Source of the DNA: a virus
Taxonomy: Duplodnaviria > Caudoviricetes
Reading direction: 5' to 3' (one strand)
Length of the DNA: 43,822 nucleotides
Virus record (IMG/VR): IMGVR_UViG_3300014613_000039
Coordinates: 1-43,822 of that record
Part shown: one piece after another, positions 21,101-28,067 of the stretch
Position numbering within the stretch: the stretch's first letter is position 1
How the letters are laid out: the number at the start of each line of letters is the position of its first letter
Made by a program: the position numbers and the translations under genes
The notes under the pieces: model-generated
The model's database searches: none
Told to the model about the DNA's origin: nothing
The model's input: the letters and a program-made list of their open reading frames with translations, nothing else

Positions 21101-21293
21101 TCTGCTGAAAGGGAATCCTGACGCTGTGATCGATAGCTGGGCGCGTAAAATGAAAGTGGAAGGGGGAGATCATCCCTTTACGTGGTGTGTACGGAAGGCT
21201 ACGTTTGTAGAAGATCCTAAAGGATTTTGCGGAGCTGTGCATATGGCGGCATTTGGTAAGACTCCTATGGAGCTGAAGAAAAATAAGGGGTAA
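15114..21293 (+). CDS. 2059-aa polyvalent protein: HARP-like + SNF2 (SMARCAL1-like) helicase + TYW3-like fragment + TGT/DpdA-like TIM-barrel domain
   Basis: YQKAGV, DEMGLGKT, IVCPASV, DEAH, TGTPIENRP.EL, DGST, AAGVGITL, WTPG.MDQA..RAHRIGQ (SNF2); FIDSGAFS, VAPDKV, VHLLG, DS (transglycosylase-like). Confidence 0.8.
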   Translation: MYTFSERITTELKKAIRNKQHLHLEYSTDVHGNRIRRWKKDEEFFTYVHPHGFNEKLQAALKAIGGMNYPVMKNGRQVWTWKFASNLLPKVAKILEHVDPAMSQALLHSDTYTGHRAVHEHYKASTAESHIDKPQGTVEIPRGEAAKKKGMDYYDYQKAGVEYILKRDNTLLCDEMGLGKTIQGIGACNVWEPERVLIVCPASVKRNWAKEWKLWNTTKGLEDPVVIQGRGKEIPDKGVVIINYDVLSHYKKKLDAVDWDVQLVDEAHEIKNRDTKRAIALVGHYRKKVKPIPAKKRVYMTGTPIENRPNELWPLLSVLDNEQGGLARQFKRFHIADFNGYGTSYTYDNAKSQELHDKLRSRLMIRRLADDVLDLPPLVEKIIVLDPDKEAKAAMKDDERATQQYATYMTKLAELEKKYMEKESSISEDDEEALKGLTKSFESEVSELKDEGGYDFQEMTRIRRQTAVAKLPQFMQYVNEVLEQKDKILIFAHHKIIIAGIKQALEAKGIKCVKLDGSTSPNAKEQAIEDFQNKKDVRVFIGQTRAAGVGITLTEATDVLFAEQDWTPGRMDQAKKRAHRIGQKDTVFVHNVVFDNSMDAYMAQLIEAKKETIKSVLDAGKVTREDIEKKEEQELANIVPVKKQPIEAQEEEKRTHDEARDFSYEFGEAFRYKVNKKGFLPDYIDAIPKNADEQFKRIQLMHEVMKKLQFKASDRDFAESIANAPKWSHARAAWAYGILHRYRHSLSDELISELGLQPLKRRKKGVGQIIDKPSTGAEKKGVQEKVIDSPIFKDPDKRREQLEAIQLGLQNLDSLDFSPEEKNDVGFSGSTRSSGKYYAHHHEFHNPDHMTEADWIAAWEVVRIHQGQLDSDLLRRAGVLTEEEKIAAEQKKIVQKITSEIQKHKPVASMTDEELKAEFEAYPKKKGKPPARKTELKKELENRGHREKELKFTRINPGMYRTKTVVEFDGKKHNVEVTIGQQEKSSHHTATSPRWYFAVTSPSGGTIEPGDMYSTKKEVVDALKYAVEHGYTGTKYGWVIVEKSKEAEVENKTDDTITGIGPIHAAKGTGEHVRMVTLNNGTEFPVDASIASMIKRINDAGFESMQSMSGLKEDYIGTKGESRYSSDGYVSFVAEKLSKKQIDRIAIAAKKAGLVFSDTGRVFGQKSIDVRTGVTESGKSEEDLLNAAGIAAAKSMGAKEDEIELPGTRDTIVGMNVGGLSDYGRSNIASRSGMSYDEVFYKYLRIRAKMISDMKSKDPNISDSEIGKRWKKFETYLLDSEEQEKSSIKEAVKPSTVADTSRPKNPKRYRYFTSGSNRVGEILGFDDAQVDLGVTADQVIGRASEEAIKRLGGTNRRIFIDSGAFSEVKDEFDPVAGGLKVVKPITHEDWTRILDFYDRISGPLGKQAYVVAPDKVSYAKETMERLERYKDRIRKLHDSGVSIIVAHQKSPDSSLAEFNTKVKAILGFDDFIVGIPSNKARPTHEELHDFISTVKPDRVHLLGMGPTNSKFEAYKNVINNAHPEIGEIFTDSVAITSKVGRGQGVKPLTVSQDEARARVAEGTFGEGYDKVDYTDTVKEDANNWLTGSTFDRFIEEISGFSGIPAKPYFPTKPYGKEESEEVSNWKEVVKRIKESNDYKKYESAVNAVKQDVEAWLEDNSNDWVDQALDNAWIRYTADRSGEQRNREGIREYFSGKGGDTLRAFEQESDSPKLDVEARDKHQKLSKKATAVLAGAMDHEIVRRDDPRYEQIQELIKRRMLEVNEETSDSIGVSITHYGEAHLNKLLSDASMKKLVSLTKIKNLNLADTEEHIKAINTGGFIVSDKYRNALMRHRGILQDEAKKSEVVEEPSHVERYSIKSASNRLEHLANILHQFGRFTDKHKEEYTRLYNKIQEWNKKVPGILRMKEESLEELLDRHEKFKAKEKERNKALIAEETPKKKYKPKYSYKKKDTTEKVISIFDLDFEKSLRMSLKKALASRRRKTTSTVGEPVGLLDLLKGNPDAVIDSWARKMKVEGGDHPFTWCVRKATFVEDPKGFCGAVHMAAFGKTPMELKKNKG

Positions 21294-21305
21294 TGAAAAA
21301 AAAGT

Positions 21306-21335
21306 TTGACAGGGTAAGCGAAGCTGTTTTAGGGT
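21306..21335 (+). promoter_or_regulatory. sigma70-type promoter followed by a 5' leader hairpin (21344-21364)
   Basis: TTGACA-18 bp-TAGGGT with an A-rich UP-like tract upstream; hairpin TAGCAGCGA-tgg-TCGCTGTTG. Confidence 0.6.
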
Positions 21336-21386
21336 TTGTCTGCTAGCAGCGATGGTCGCTGTTGAGAAGAAGGGGCAAAAGACACC

Positions 21387-21869
21387 ATGGCAAAGAAAAT
21401 CGAAAACGTGAAGCTGACCAAAAAGGGTTTGATGGGTCTCGGGGTCTCGGCTGAAGAAGCTGAGATCATGCTTGAGGCTCGAATCCAGCTTCAGGCTAAG
21501 GCCGAGGAAGCTGGGCTTCGTAGGGCGCTAAGAAGCTCCAAGACGATCAGCGAAATCCTTGGCGAGTTCCCAAGCTTGGGTGACAGGAAGGCGAAAGACC
21601 TCTTTTCGCCTGCGACGACCGCTGCACCTGTCGCCAAGAAACGCGGCGGTGGACGACGCACGAAGGAACAGGTTGAGGCAGCGCAAGCGGCTATGACAGC
21701 CGTTGTGCTCAACGTCCTTTCCGACGAAGACGTGCACAAGCGTGGAGATTTCACGTTGCCTCCTGAAGCGAGTGCAGCGGATCTCAACGCTGCTATTGCT
21801 TCGTTGCTCGAAGACGGCACGATCACCAAGGACGGGGAAAAGGCCAAAACGGTCTATACCCTCGCCTAG
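21387..21869 (+). CDS. putative nucleoid-associated / winged-helix DNA-binding protein
   Basis: Helical N-terminus, basic linker AKKRGGGRRTKEQ, wHTH-like end L.AAIASLLEDGTITKDGEKAKTVYTLA; visibly higher GC than flanks. Confidence 0.6.
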   Translation: MAKKIENVKLTKKGLMGLGVSAEEAEIMLEARIQLQAKAEEAGLRRALRSSKTISEILGEFPSLGDRKAKDLFSPATTAAPVAKKRGGGRRTKEQVEAAQAAMTAVVLNVLSDEDVHKRGDFTLPPEASAADLNAAIASLLEDGTITKDGEKAKTVYTLA

Positions 21870-21932
21870 TTCGCGTCTCACACTCACCTTCTGATTTTTC
21901 CCACATAGACTAAAAAGAAAAGAGGTTAGCCA

Positions 21933-22526
21933 TTGGGGCGTAACTCCGTTGTCCTGTGGAGTGGTGGATTCTATTCCACTATGCTGATTGTATCTAAGCT
22001 CTTGAAAAAAGAAGTAGTTTACCCCATTTTTGTGAATTACGGGCAACCTAGCGCCGATGCTCAGTTAGGAGCCTGTCGAGTAATCAAGCGAATGTTCCGG
22101 TACGATCCATTGCTTCGACCAAACCAAGACACCCCGATTCGTATTCAGAGCATGGGTCGCACAGAGAACATGGGAGGTAGACTCGCTACGTTGGGTCTAG
22201 GAGTCGCTGTGGAAAAGGAAGCTACGTTGTACATAGGTGCATCGAATAACGTGTTACAAGGGTCATTGTATCCCAAGGAGCTGGTGGAAGCTCTGAAGCA
22301 AATGGGGGGTATCGAATTTCCTTTTTATGACTTCGACTACAACACGATTGCGGAATATAGAGATGTTCGGATGGACTATGTACCTCGTTTTTCTCCATAC
22401 ATTTGGGATTGTACGAAGCCGAAACAGATCGATGGTCAATGGAATCCGTGCCGTCATTGCAAAGCCTGTGAATTACGAGAGAAGCGAGAAAAGGCTTTTT
22501 TCTCGAATGTTGATAAAGCGGAATGA
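21933..22526 (+). CDS. queC: QueC-like (7-cyano-7-deazaguanine synthase family) protein, divergent
   Basis: VVLWSGGFYST (PP-loop-like), VNYGQ, C-x12-CxxCxxC zinc site followed by ELRE; TTG start with GAGG. Confidence 0.65.
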   Translation: MGRNSVVLWSGGFYSTMLIVSKLLKKEVVYPIFVNYGQPSADAQLGACRVIKRMFRYDPLLRPNQDTPIRIQSMGRTENMGGRLATLGLGVAVEKEATLYIGASNNVLQGSLYPKELVEALKQMGGIEFPFYDFDYNTIAEYRDVRMDYVPRFSPYIWDCTKPKQIDGQWNPCRHCKACELREKREKAFFSNVDKAE

Positions 22527-22566
22527 TAGCATTACTTTTCTGGCTTATGTTACAAGATAGGGGTGT

Positions 22567-23697
22567 TTGGTGGCAGAAATAGCAGGTTCGGGAATTGCAG
22601 CAAAGCCTGGAACGCATCGCGGAAAAGTGCTTGTGCATCGCGGTGGGAAGACATTCGAGCAAGAGCGAAATCTCAGAGACGATGAGGCTCCTGCTGGACC
22701 TCGACAGAAAAAGCAACAGCAAGCTCCTGAAAAGAAAGATCATGGAGTCAAGCTGGATCAACCAACGAAAGATAGGCTGAACAAGCACGCCAATGAAGCC
22801 AGGGGAATGAAGCCAGGGGAAAGTAAAAAGATCAACGGGGTTGGTGTTACAGCTCTTCCCAATGGTTTCTTCAAGGCTACCGTTGAAGGAAAGCCTCTCA
22901 TTGTCCACGGGCTCAGGGGTGTATCGTTCATTATAGACAAGCTTGGTTCAGCTACCTCTACAGCTACAGCTCTTTCTGTTGGCGACATTCACGGAAAGAC
23001 TGTGAAGCAAGAGATTGGTGCGAAGGTTACTGAAAGGCTTGTCGAATCGCAAGCTGCTAAAGCCAGAGCTGCCCACGAAAGAAGTAAAGGGCAAGCGATC
23101 AAAGAAGCAAAGCAAGTTGAACAAGATACCAAGCGAGCTAAAGCGGAGAAGATTCGAGATCAGAAAAGAGCTATTGCTGCTAAGGATTATGCATCTAAGC
23201 TGACACCCGAAAAGGTAGATCAGATGGATGGAACACAAGTGATCAATGCAGCTAGCAAGCTTGGGCTTTCGATTAATGATGAAGATGGGAATGTGCATAG
23301 TCTCGATTCATTGAGAGCACAAGTTCGTAATTCAGCTAAAGGTAAAGCGCAAGCAAAAGCAAAGCCTGAAAAGAAGCAAGCGCAGAAGAAAGAAAAGCCT
23401 GGACAGGTTGCTCAACCTGAAAAGGAAAAGCCTACAATTCACATGAAAGCTGATATTACGGTGAATCGTGGAGAAGAGAAGAAGGAAGAGAAAAAGCCTG
23501 ATAAACAGAGTGAAGACTTTGTTTCTAAGATGAAAGACATAAGGAATAAGCAAAAATCTAAAAGGGAGGGCAAGAAACCTGTGGACAATGCTACTTTTTC
23601 AGAACACATGAAAAAGCTACGCGATAAGCAAAGAGAAAAGCGTAAAGGTAAAGAGAGTGAAGACAAGAAAGACAAACCAACCAAGGGTAAGAAATAG
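22567..23697 (+). CDS. Lys-rich probable internal head / DNA-binding protein
   Basis: Very basic; N-terminal hairpin tag (THRGKVLVHRGGKTFEQ); shares the MKPGESKKINGV module with the 2668-aa protein; HeH/Rho-N-like VDQMDGTQVINAASKLGL segment. Confidence 0.55.
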   Translation: MVAEIAGSGIAAKPGTHRGKVLVHRGGKTFEQERNLRDDEAPAGPRQKKQQQAPEKKDHGVKLDQPTKDRLNKHANEARGMKPGESKKINGVGVTALPNGFFKATVEGKPLIVHGLRGVSFIIDKLGSATSTATALSVGDIHGKTVKQEIGAKVTERLVESQAAKARAAHERSKGQAIKEAKQVEQDTKRAKAEKIRDQKRAIAAKDYASKLTPEKVDQMDGTQVINAASKLGLSINDEDGNVHSLDSLRAQVRNSAKGKAQAKAKPEKKQAQKKEKPGQVAQPEKEKPTIHMKADITVNRGEEKKEEKKPDKQSEDFVSKMKDIRNKQKSKREGKKPVDNATFSEHMKKLRDKQREKRKGKESEDKKDKPTKGKK

Positions 23698-23733
23698 TTT
23701 TCTAGACTAGGAAAACAATACTTTACGGATTCG

Positions 23734-23762
23734 TTGACGGGCTTTCAAGCTTTTGATATCAT
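23734..23762 (+). promoter_or_regulatory. sigma70-type promoter giving a probable leaderless transcript
   Basis: TTGACG-17 bp-TATCAT; ATG at 23770 lies 7 nt after the -10 box with no Shine-Dalgarno. Confidence 0.65.
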
Positions 23763-23769
23763 TCATGTA

Positions 23770-25626
23770 ATGCCACGGAAAACTCAGTCATTTTCACACC
23801 TTACGTATACGTCACGAGTGAAGAGATCACGGGTTGTAGTCGGGCAAGGACAACCGTACTATTACCCGTGTATCTCTTGGACTCGTCAATTCGCAAACAG
23901 GAGATCTACCTATCCGTTAGCGATTCACAAGGTAGATTTTTTCGAGATGGTCAAGGAAGTAATCTGCGGTGGTATTCGCATACCAAAGACTCCGCAAGCT
24001 TCCGATGAAATGAAGATTGTATATAATGTGGATACCCAAGAATTCGGAACTGGTAACTATGTAACGAGAGAACAATACGATCACTTGATTGCCAGTCTCT
24101 TGGAAACTAGGGTAGACGGTAAACCTGTTGATGATACGCCATTAGGTATCGGGTTTATGAACTACATTCTTACTAAAGCTGGCGTCAAATGGGAAGATCG
24201 TAGACAAGAGTTTGCTGGTAAGAGTGTTCTACGGAAGATTACTGGCTATGACATCATGGATCGGTTTCGTGTAATCGGAGCTGGTGTCGAGGGTTTGTTG
24301 TACGGAGTCGTTTCGTGGGATGCTGAATATACTACATGCGACTTTATAGCTCACCTTAGAAACAACGTAGATAATTTCATCTTCATAGAAGCCAACCGTA
24401 TTCGTGGAGAGCACTATGGTTTAGCTGAAGAAGCCGAGCTGACATTGCGCCATAAGCTGTCTGGTAGCTATGGTCGTAAGAGGGCTATAGCGAAAGCTGT
24501 AAATTATTTGGAGCGTAGAAACATCGAACCTGATATTAATGGTGTCCTTTACGCTTTGGCTGAGTTAGAAGTACCTGTTACACTGTTTGGATCGAAGAAG
24601 GGTGAAACGTATAATCATCATAGTGTACGTGAGAACCTTTTTCGTATTCTAAATCCTGTTCGCTGCATTTCGTATAATGAGTGTTTGGAGGATGACTTCT
24701 CTATTCCTCTATCTCGTGAGATGAAAGAGATTACTAACGCCATCAATACAATCGAAACGAAATCCATTCAAGTTACGATGAGTAAGCCTAATCATTTGAC
24801 GGTGCGCCATCTGGAAGGCTATTCGGTGTTGATGCAATTGCGTGAAGAGTTGATGGTAGCTATTGGCGAAGCTCCCCCCAATGGTGTTGGGGCTTTCTCA
24901 GCAAAGGAAGCTGAGATAATCGATTTGATGCTTTTCTCCGATCTTCCGTTGGTTGGTGAGTATGGTGGATACTCACCATATTACGACATTGCGAAAGAAC
25001 GAGCCAAACTTGCACTAGCTAGTAATTCAGTAGAGAAGAAAGAGATTCTCGATACAATGCGTCGTCTTTTCTCTTCAGCGTATGTCGAGGTGCCGAATGT
25101 GGAAGGTGCGTTTGATGCGCCTTCATACGGCTCTATACCTCGCGTACCGTTGAAAGGGTTCAGCAACACCTGGGTAAACAAGACGGCGTACAGGCTATCT
25201 GTAGCTGAAGCTGAACGCGATGATTCTTCTGTTGATGGTCAACACGTTGCGGAGAACATCAACTTTGTCCGTAATCTGCTTTTCAATAAGCTGAGAAAAA
25301 GAGGATACCTAGACCCTAACAGTCCAAACGCTCTTTCTTGTATCCGTACCTTTTATTTACAAGAGCATGGTTTACCTTTGGATTATCAGGAGAGGATACC
25401 TGAGATTTCTGCTGGTCCTACAGCTAATGACTTAGCAGAAGGATCTGGTTGGCGAAGAAGACGTGACTTTGATCATTGGGTACTTCGCCAAAAAAACATA
25501 AGTAGTGGTCGTATGCAGTATGGTGATATATTCGAGAAAATCGCAATGCAGCATAAGGGCACTAAGATGACATCTCCTATTAAAACTGTTCTGTCCTTAC
25601 CTGCCGAAACCGTTCCCTACCGATAA
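23770..25626 (+). CDS. large protein with divergent sigma70-like regions 2, 3 and 4
   Basis: IGAGVEGLLYGVVSWD...F.AHL...V (region 2-like), LERRNIEPDINGV (region 3-like), ISYNECLEDD (3.2-like), LREELMVAI...FSAKEAEIIDLM...YDIAKE (region 4-like), in the correct order. Confidence 0.45.
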   Translation: MPRKTQSFSHLTYTSRVKRSRVVVGQGQPYYYPCISWTRQFANRRSTYPLAIHKVDFFEMVKEVICGGIRIPKTPQASDEMKIVYNVDTQEFGTGNYVTREQYDHLIASLLETRVDGKPVDDTPLGIGFMNYILTKAGVKWEDRRQEFAGKSVLRKITGYDIMDRFRVIGAGVEGLLYGVVSWDAEYTTCDFIAHLRNNVDNFIFIEANRIRGEHYGLAEEAELTLRHKLSGSYGRKRAIAKAVNYLERRNIEPDINGVLYALAELEVPVTLFGSKKGETYNHHSVRENLFRILNPVRCISYNECLEDDFSIPLSREMKEITNAINTIETKSIQVTMSKPNHLTVRHLEGYSVLMQLREELMVAIGEAPPNGVGAFSAKEAEIIDLMLFSDLPLVGEYGGYSPYYDIAKERAKLALASNSVEKKEILDTMRRLFSSAYVEVPNVEGAFDAPSYGSIPRVPLKGFSNTWVNKTAYRLSVAEAERDDSSVDGQHVAENINFVRNLLFNKLRKRGYLDPNSPNALSCIRTFYLQEHGLPLDYQERIPEISAGPTANDLAEGSGWRRRRDFDHWVLRQKNISSGRMQYGDIFEKIAMQHKGTKMTSPIKTVLSLPAETVPYR

Positions 25627-25670
25627 AATCAACTTACGATACTACTTCCGTTCACTAGAAAGGTGGTGGT

Positions 25671-26471
25671 ATGACGGAACCTACGGATAGGTACATTACC
25701 ATCCATTCGATTTACGCTGCTTTGTACGGTAAGCCTGATGAACCTTGGAGCCCAGTTCTTTACGAGTTTCAGAAAGCTATTCTCTGTACAGAGATTGGAG
25801 CTGATGATTCGATTTCTGACGAAGACTTGATTAAAGGCTTTGGACACAAGGATATGTCTAAGCTTAGGAAAGTAATTGTTACAGACAAGAATGGGAAAAG
25901 AATGACGGTATATAAGAAGATCGAGGGTTCTTCTGAAAGAGAAAAAGGATTGCATAAAGAGTATGGCGCAAAGTACAAAGATTATAGTTTAGACAAGTTA
26001 CATAGTACAAAAAGTATGTTGGAGAAGAAGTTAGTGAAAGCTAAAGCTAGATCGTCTGGATCTTGGCATGATGCAGATCCTTTCTGGAGAACTACAGCGC
26101 AGCGTTTAACAATTGCTTTGAAGTATATAGATAAAGAAATAGCTAAGAGATCTAATGTCGAACAGTCGAATGATGAACTAGAACAAAAGCGTGCTAATGA
26201 TGAAGGATTGAAGACTAGACAGCGACTATCAGAGAAGTTGTTTAAGAAAGGAGATCTTGTTCAACAAGGTAGGCTATCTCATGCTCCTATCGGGAGTGTA
26301 GTTAAACCTGTTGGAGCATACGGTACGTGGGAAAAGGTAAATAAGCACAAATGGTCCGACGGTAGTGGTAAGTTAATGACTACACGAGATTTGCATAGGT
26401 ACTGCGATGGTTACAGTAACTTTAAAGGAGAATACCATATTCTCAAACGTGGCAAGGGTGCTGTTACGTAA
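25671..26471 (+). CDS. probable internal head protein with acidic propeptide
   Basis: EFQKA and DLIKG motifs followed by HKDMSKLRKVIVTDKNGKRMTVYKK; stop overlaps the protease start (TAATG). Confidence 0.6.
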   Translation: MTEPTDRYITIHSIYAALYGKPDEPWSPVLYEFQKAILCTEIGADDSISDEDLIKGFGHKDMSKLRKVIVTDKNGKRMTVYKKIEGSSEREKGLHKEYGAKYKDYSLDKLHSTKSMLEKKLVKAKARSSGSWHDADPFWRTTAQRLTIALKYIDKEIAKRSNVEQSNDELEQKRANDEGLKTRQRLSEKLFKKGDLVQQGRLSHAPIGSVVKPVGAYGTWEKVNKHKWSDGSGKLMTTRDLHRYCDGYSNFKGEYHILKRGKGAVT

Positions 26472-27385
26472 TGGATGACATAGTAACCCTATTCGATATG
26501 GATGATTTTGGGATGATTAAAGGTGGGGCTGGTGATGACTCGTATCGTATGTACGGGTTCGCATCTTCTCCAGCTAAAGACATTGATGATGAGATCGTAA
26601 TTCAGAAAGGTCTGGACATTGGCCCATTGAGTCAACGAGGTTGGGTCAATTGGGATCACAATCGGTTGAATACGATTGGTTGGGTTCAAATGGCTGATTT
26701 CAGAGTCAACCCAAACAATCCAGATATGAAGAAGGGTGTATACACTGAGTATCAGCTTTTCAAAGATGATCCGGTAGCTCAAAGAGTTTGGACAATGGCG
26801 AAAGCTATTGAGTCTTCCGATTGCCCTAGGAATCTTGGGTTGTCTCTAGAAGGTACCAGACACTTGAAGAAAGCTCAGTCTGTAATGTCTGCTACAGTGT
26901 ACGGTATGGCTGTTACACCATACGCAAAGAACATCGAAACGTCAGCACATACTTTTATGAAGTCCATTCTAGGTGGTGATCTAGGTATCGCTGAAGCTTT
27001 GAATGACGGTCCTTACATCGAAGCTACGGGAATTGATTTTTCTGCTGTTTCGGAAATGATCTCTGATCGCATAGTTGACAGAGTAGTTTCTGAGATCAGG
27101 AAAGCCATTTCTTCCGGGTATGATGTTGGTGGAACGTCTCAAGCAAATGGAGCTGCTATTCGCAAGGAGTCGTTGATCGATAAGATGGCTAGGGTAGACC
27201 CTAGTTCCATCCCAGAAGATCTTTCGGGATACTCTGATTACGATAAAGAGGTTATTTCAGCGTTACGTAAAAAAGCAGAGAGTAACGGTTGGTTACTTAC
27301 CAAGAGTGATGCAGCTATTCTGATTGTGGCTTTGAAGGGTCATAAGTTACCTGATGTTTTGAAAGCTTTGGAATTCACACTATAG
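26471..27385 (+). CDS. prohead (capsid maturation) protease
   Basis: GFASSP.KD.D.EIV.QKGLD......GWVNWDH, IG, LGLSLEG (His/Ser catalytic pair), AVT..AKN; two genes upstream of the capsid gene. Confidence 0.88.
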   Translation: MDDIVTLFDMDDFGMIKGGAGDDSYRMYGFASSPAKDIDDEIVIQKGLDIGPLSQRGWVNWDHNRLNTIGWVQMADFRVNPNNPDMKKGVYTEYQLFKDDPVAQRVWTMAKAIESSDCPRNLGLSLEGTRHLKKAQSVMSATVYGMAVTPYAKNIETSAHTFMKSILGGDLGIAEALNDGPYIEATGIDFSAVSEMISDRIVDRVVSEIRKAISSGYDVGGTSQANGAAIRKESLIDKMARVDPSSIPEDLSGYSDYDKEVISALRKKAESNGWLLTKSDAAILIVALKGHKLPDVLKALEFTL

Positions 27386-27410
27386 ACCACCAAAAGGAGA
27401 AGTCTAAAAA

Positions 27411-28037
27411 GTGCCGACAGAAGATCTAGACCTCATTAAGAGCATGAATGATGCGATTGAAGACCTTGAATTCAACGCTTCTTCAAATTTTGAAGATGAT
27501 GATTATGATGATGATAGTGATATTGAAAAAGGTTTGGAATTCGATTTAGCTGATGCTGAGATTGACGACGACAACTTCGATGTTTACGACTTTTTGAAGG
27601 GTCTTGCTGATACGAATAATGCGAATACGGATCGCCTTTCGCGTGCTGTTGAGTCTCTGTTGAAAGTCAATCTTACCCAATCCCGTTTGATCAAGGGTCT
27701 TTCGGATCGTATCGAAGCTCTTGAAATGCGTCCGGGTAAAAGATCTGCAAAGCCTGTACTCTCCAAGGGTCAAGCTGAAGGTATTGTTGAGCGTCCGTTT
27801 GAAGATAATCTGTCTGATATTTTCGGAGCTGCTGAAGAGGTGTCTAATGGTTCGATCATTGGTCCTGTGAAGGATCGGATTTGTTCTGAAATGCGAAAGG
27901 GCATCGATGACAATTCGTTCTCTCGTGATGAGGTTTTGAATTTCTCTCAGGTTCCGTTTGACACTACTATCGAAGCTATCAAGAAAGCTTTCCCGAATAC
28001 TGCTCCCATTATCGATAAGTACATCGACGCGGAATAA
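27411..28037 (+). CDS. acidic scaffold-like protein
   Basis: Between protease and capsid; acidic with a coiled-coil segment; repeated DLIKS, DIEKG, DFLKG, RLIKG, VLSKG, EMRKG motifs. Confidence 0.65.
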   Translation: MPTEDLDLIKSMNDAIEDLEFNASSNFEDDDYDDDSDIEKGLEFDLADAEIDDDNFDVYDFLKGLADTNNANTDRLSRAVESLLKVNLTQSRLIKGLSDRIEALEMRPGKRSAKPVLSKGQAEGIVERPFEDNLSDIFGAAEEVSNGSIIGPVKDRICSEMRKGIDDNSFSRDEVLNFSQVPFDTTIEAIKKAFPNTAPIIDKYIDAE

Positions 28038-28067
28038 TCCAAGGTACAAAGAAGGAGATTATACTAA

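Noticed and set aside
23734-23769. TTG 23734 as start of the 630-aa ORF
   Set aside because: That TTG is the -35 box of a good promoter and lacks a Shine-Dalgarno; ATG 23770 fits better.
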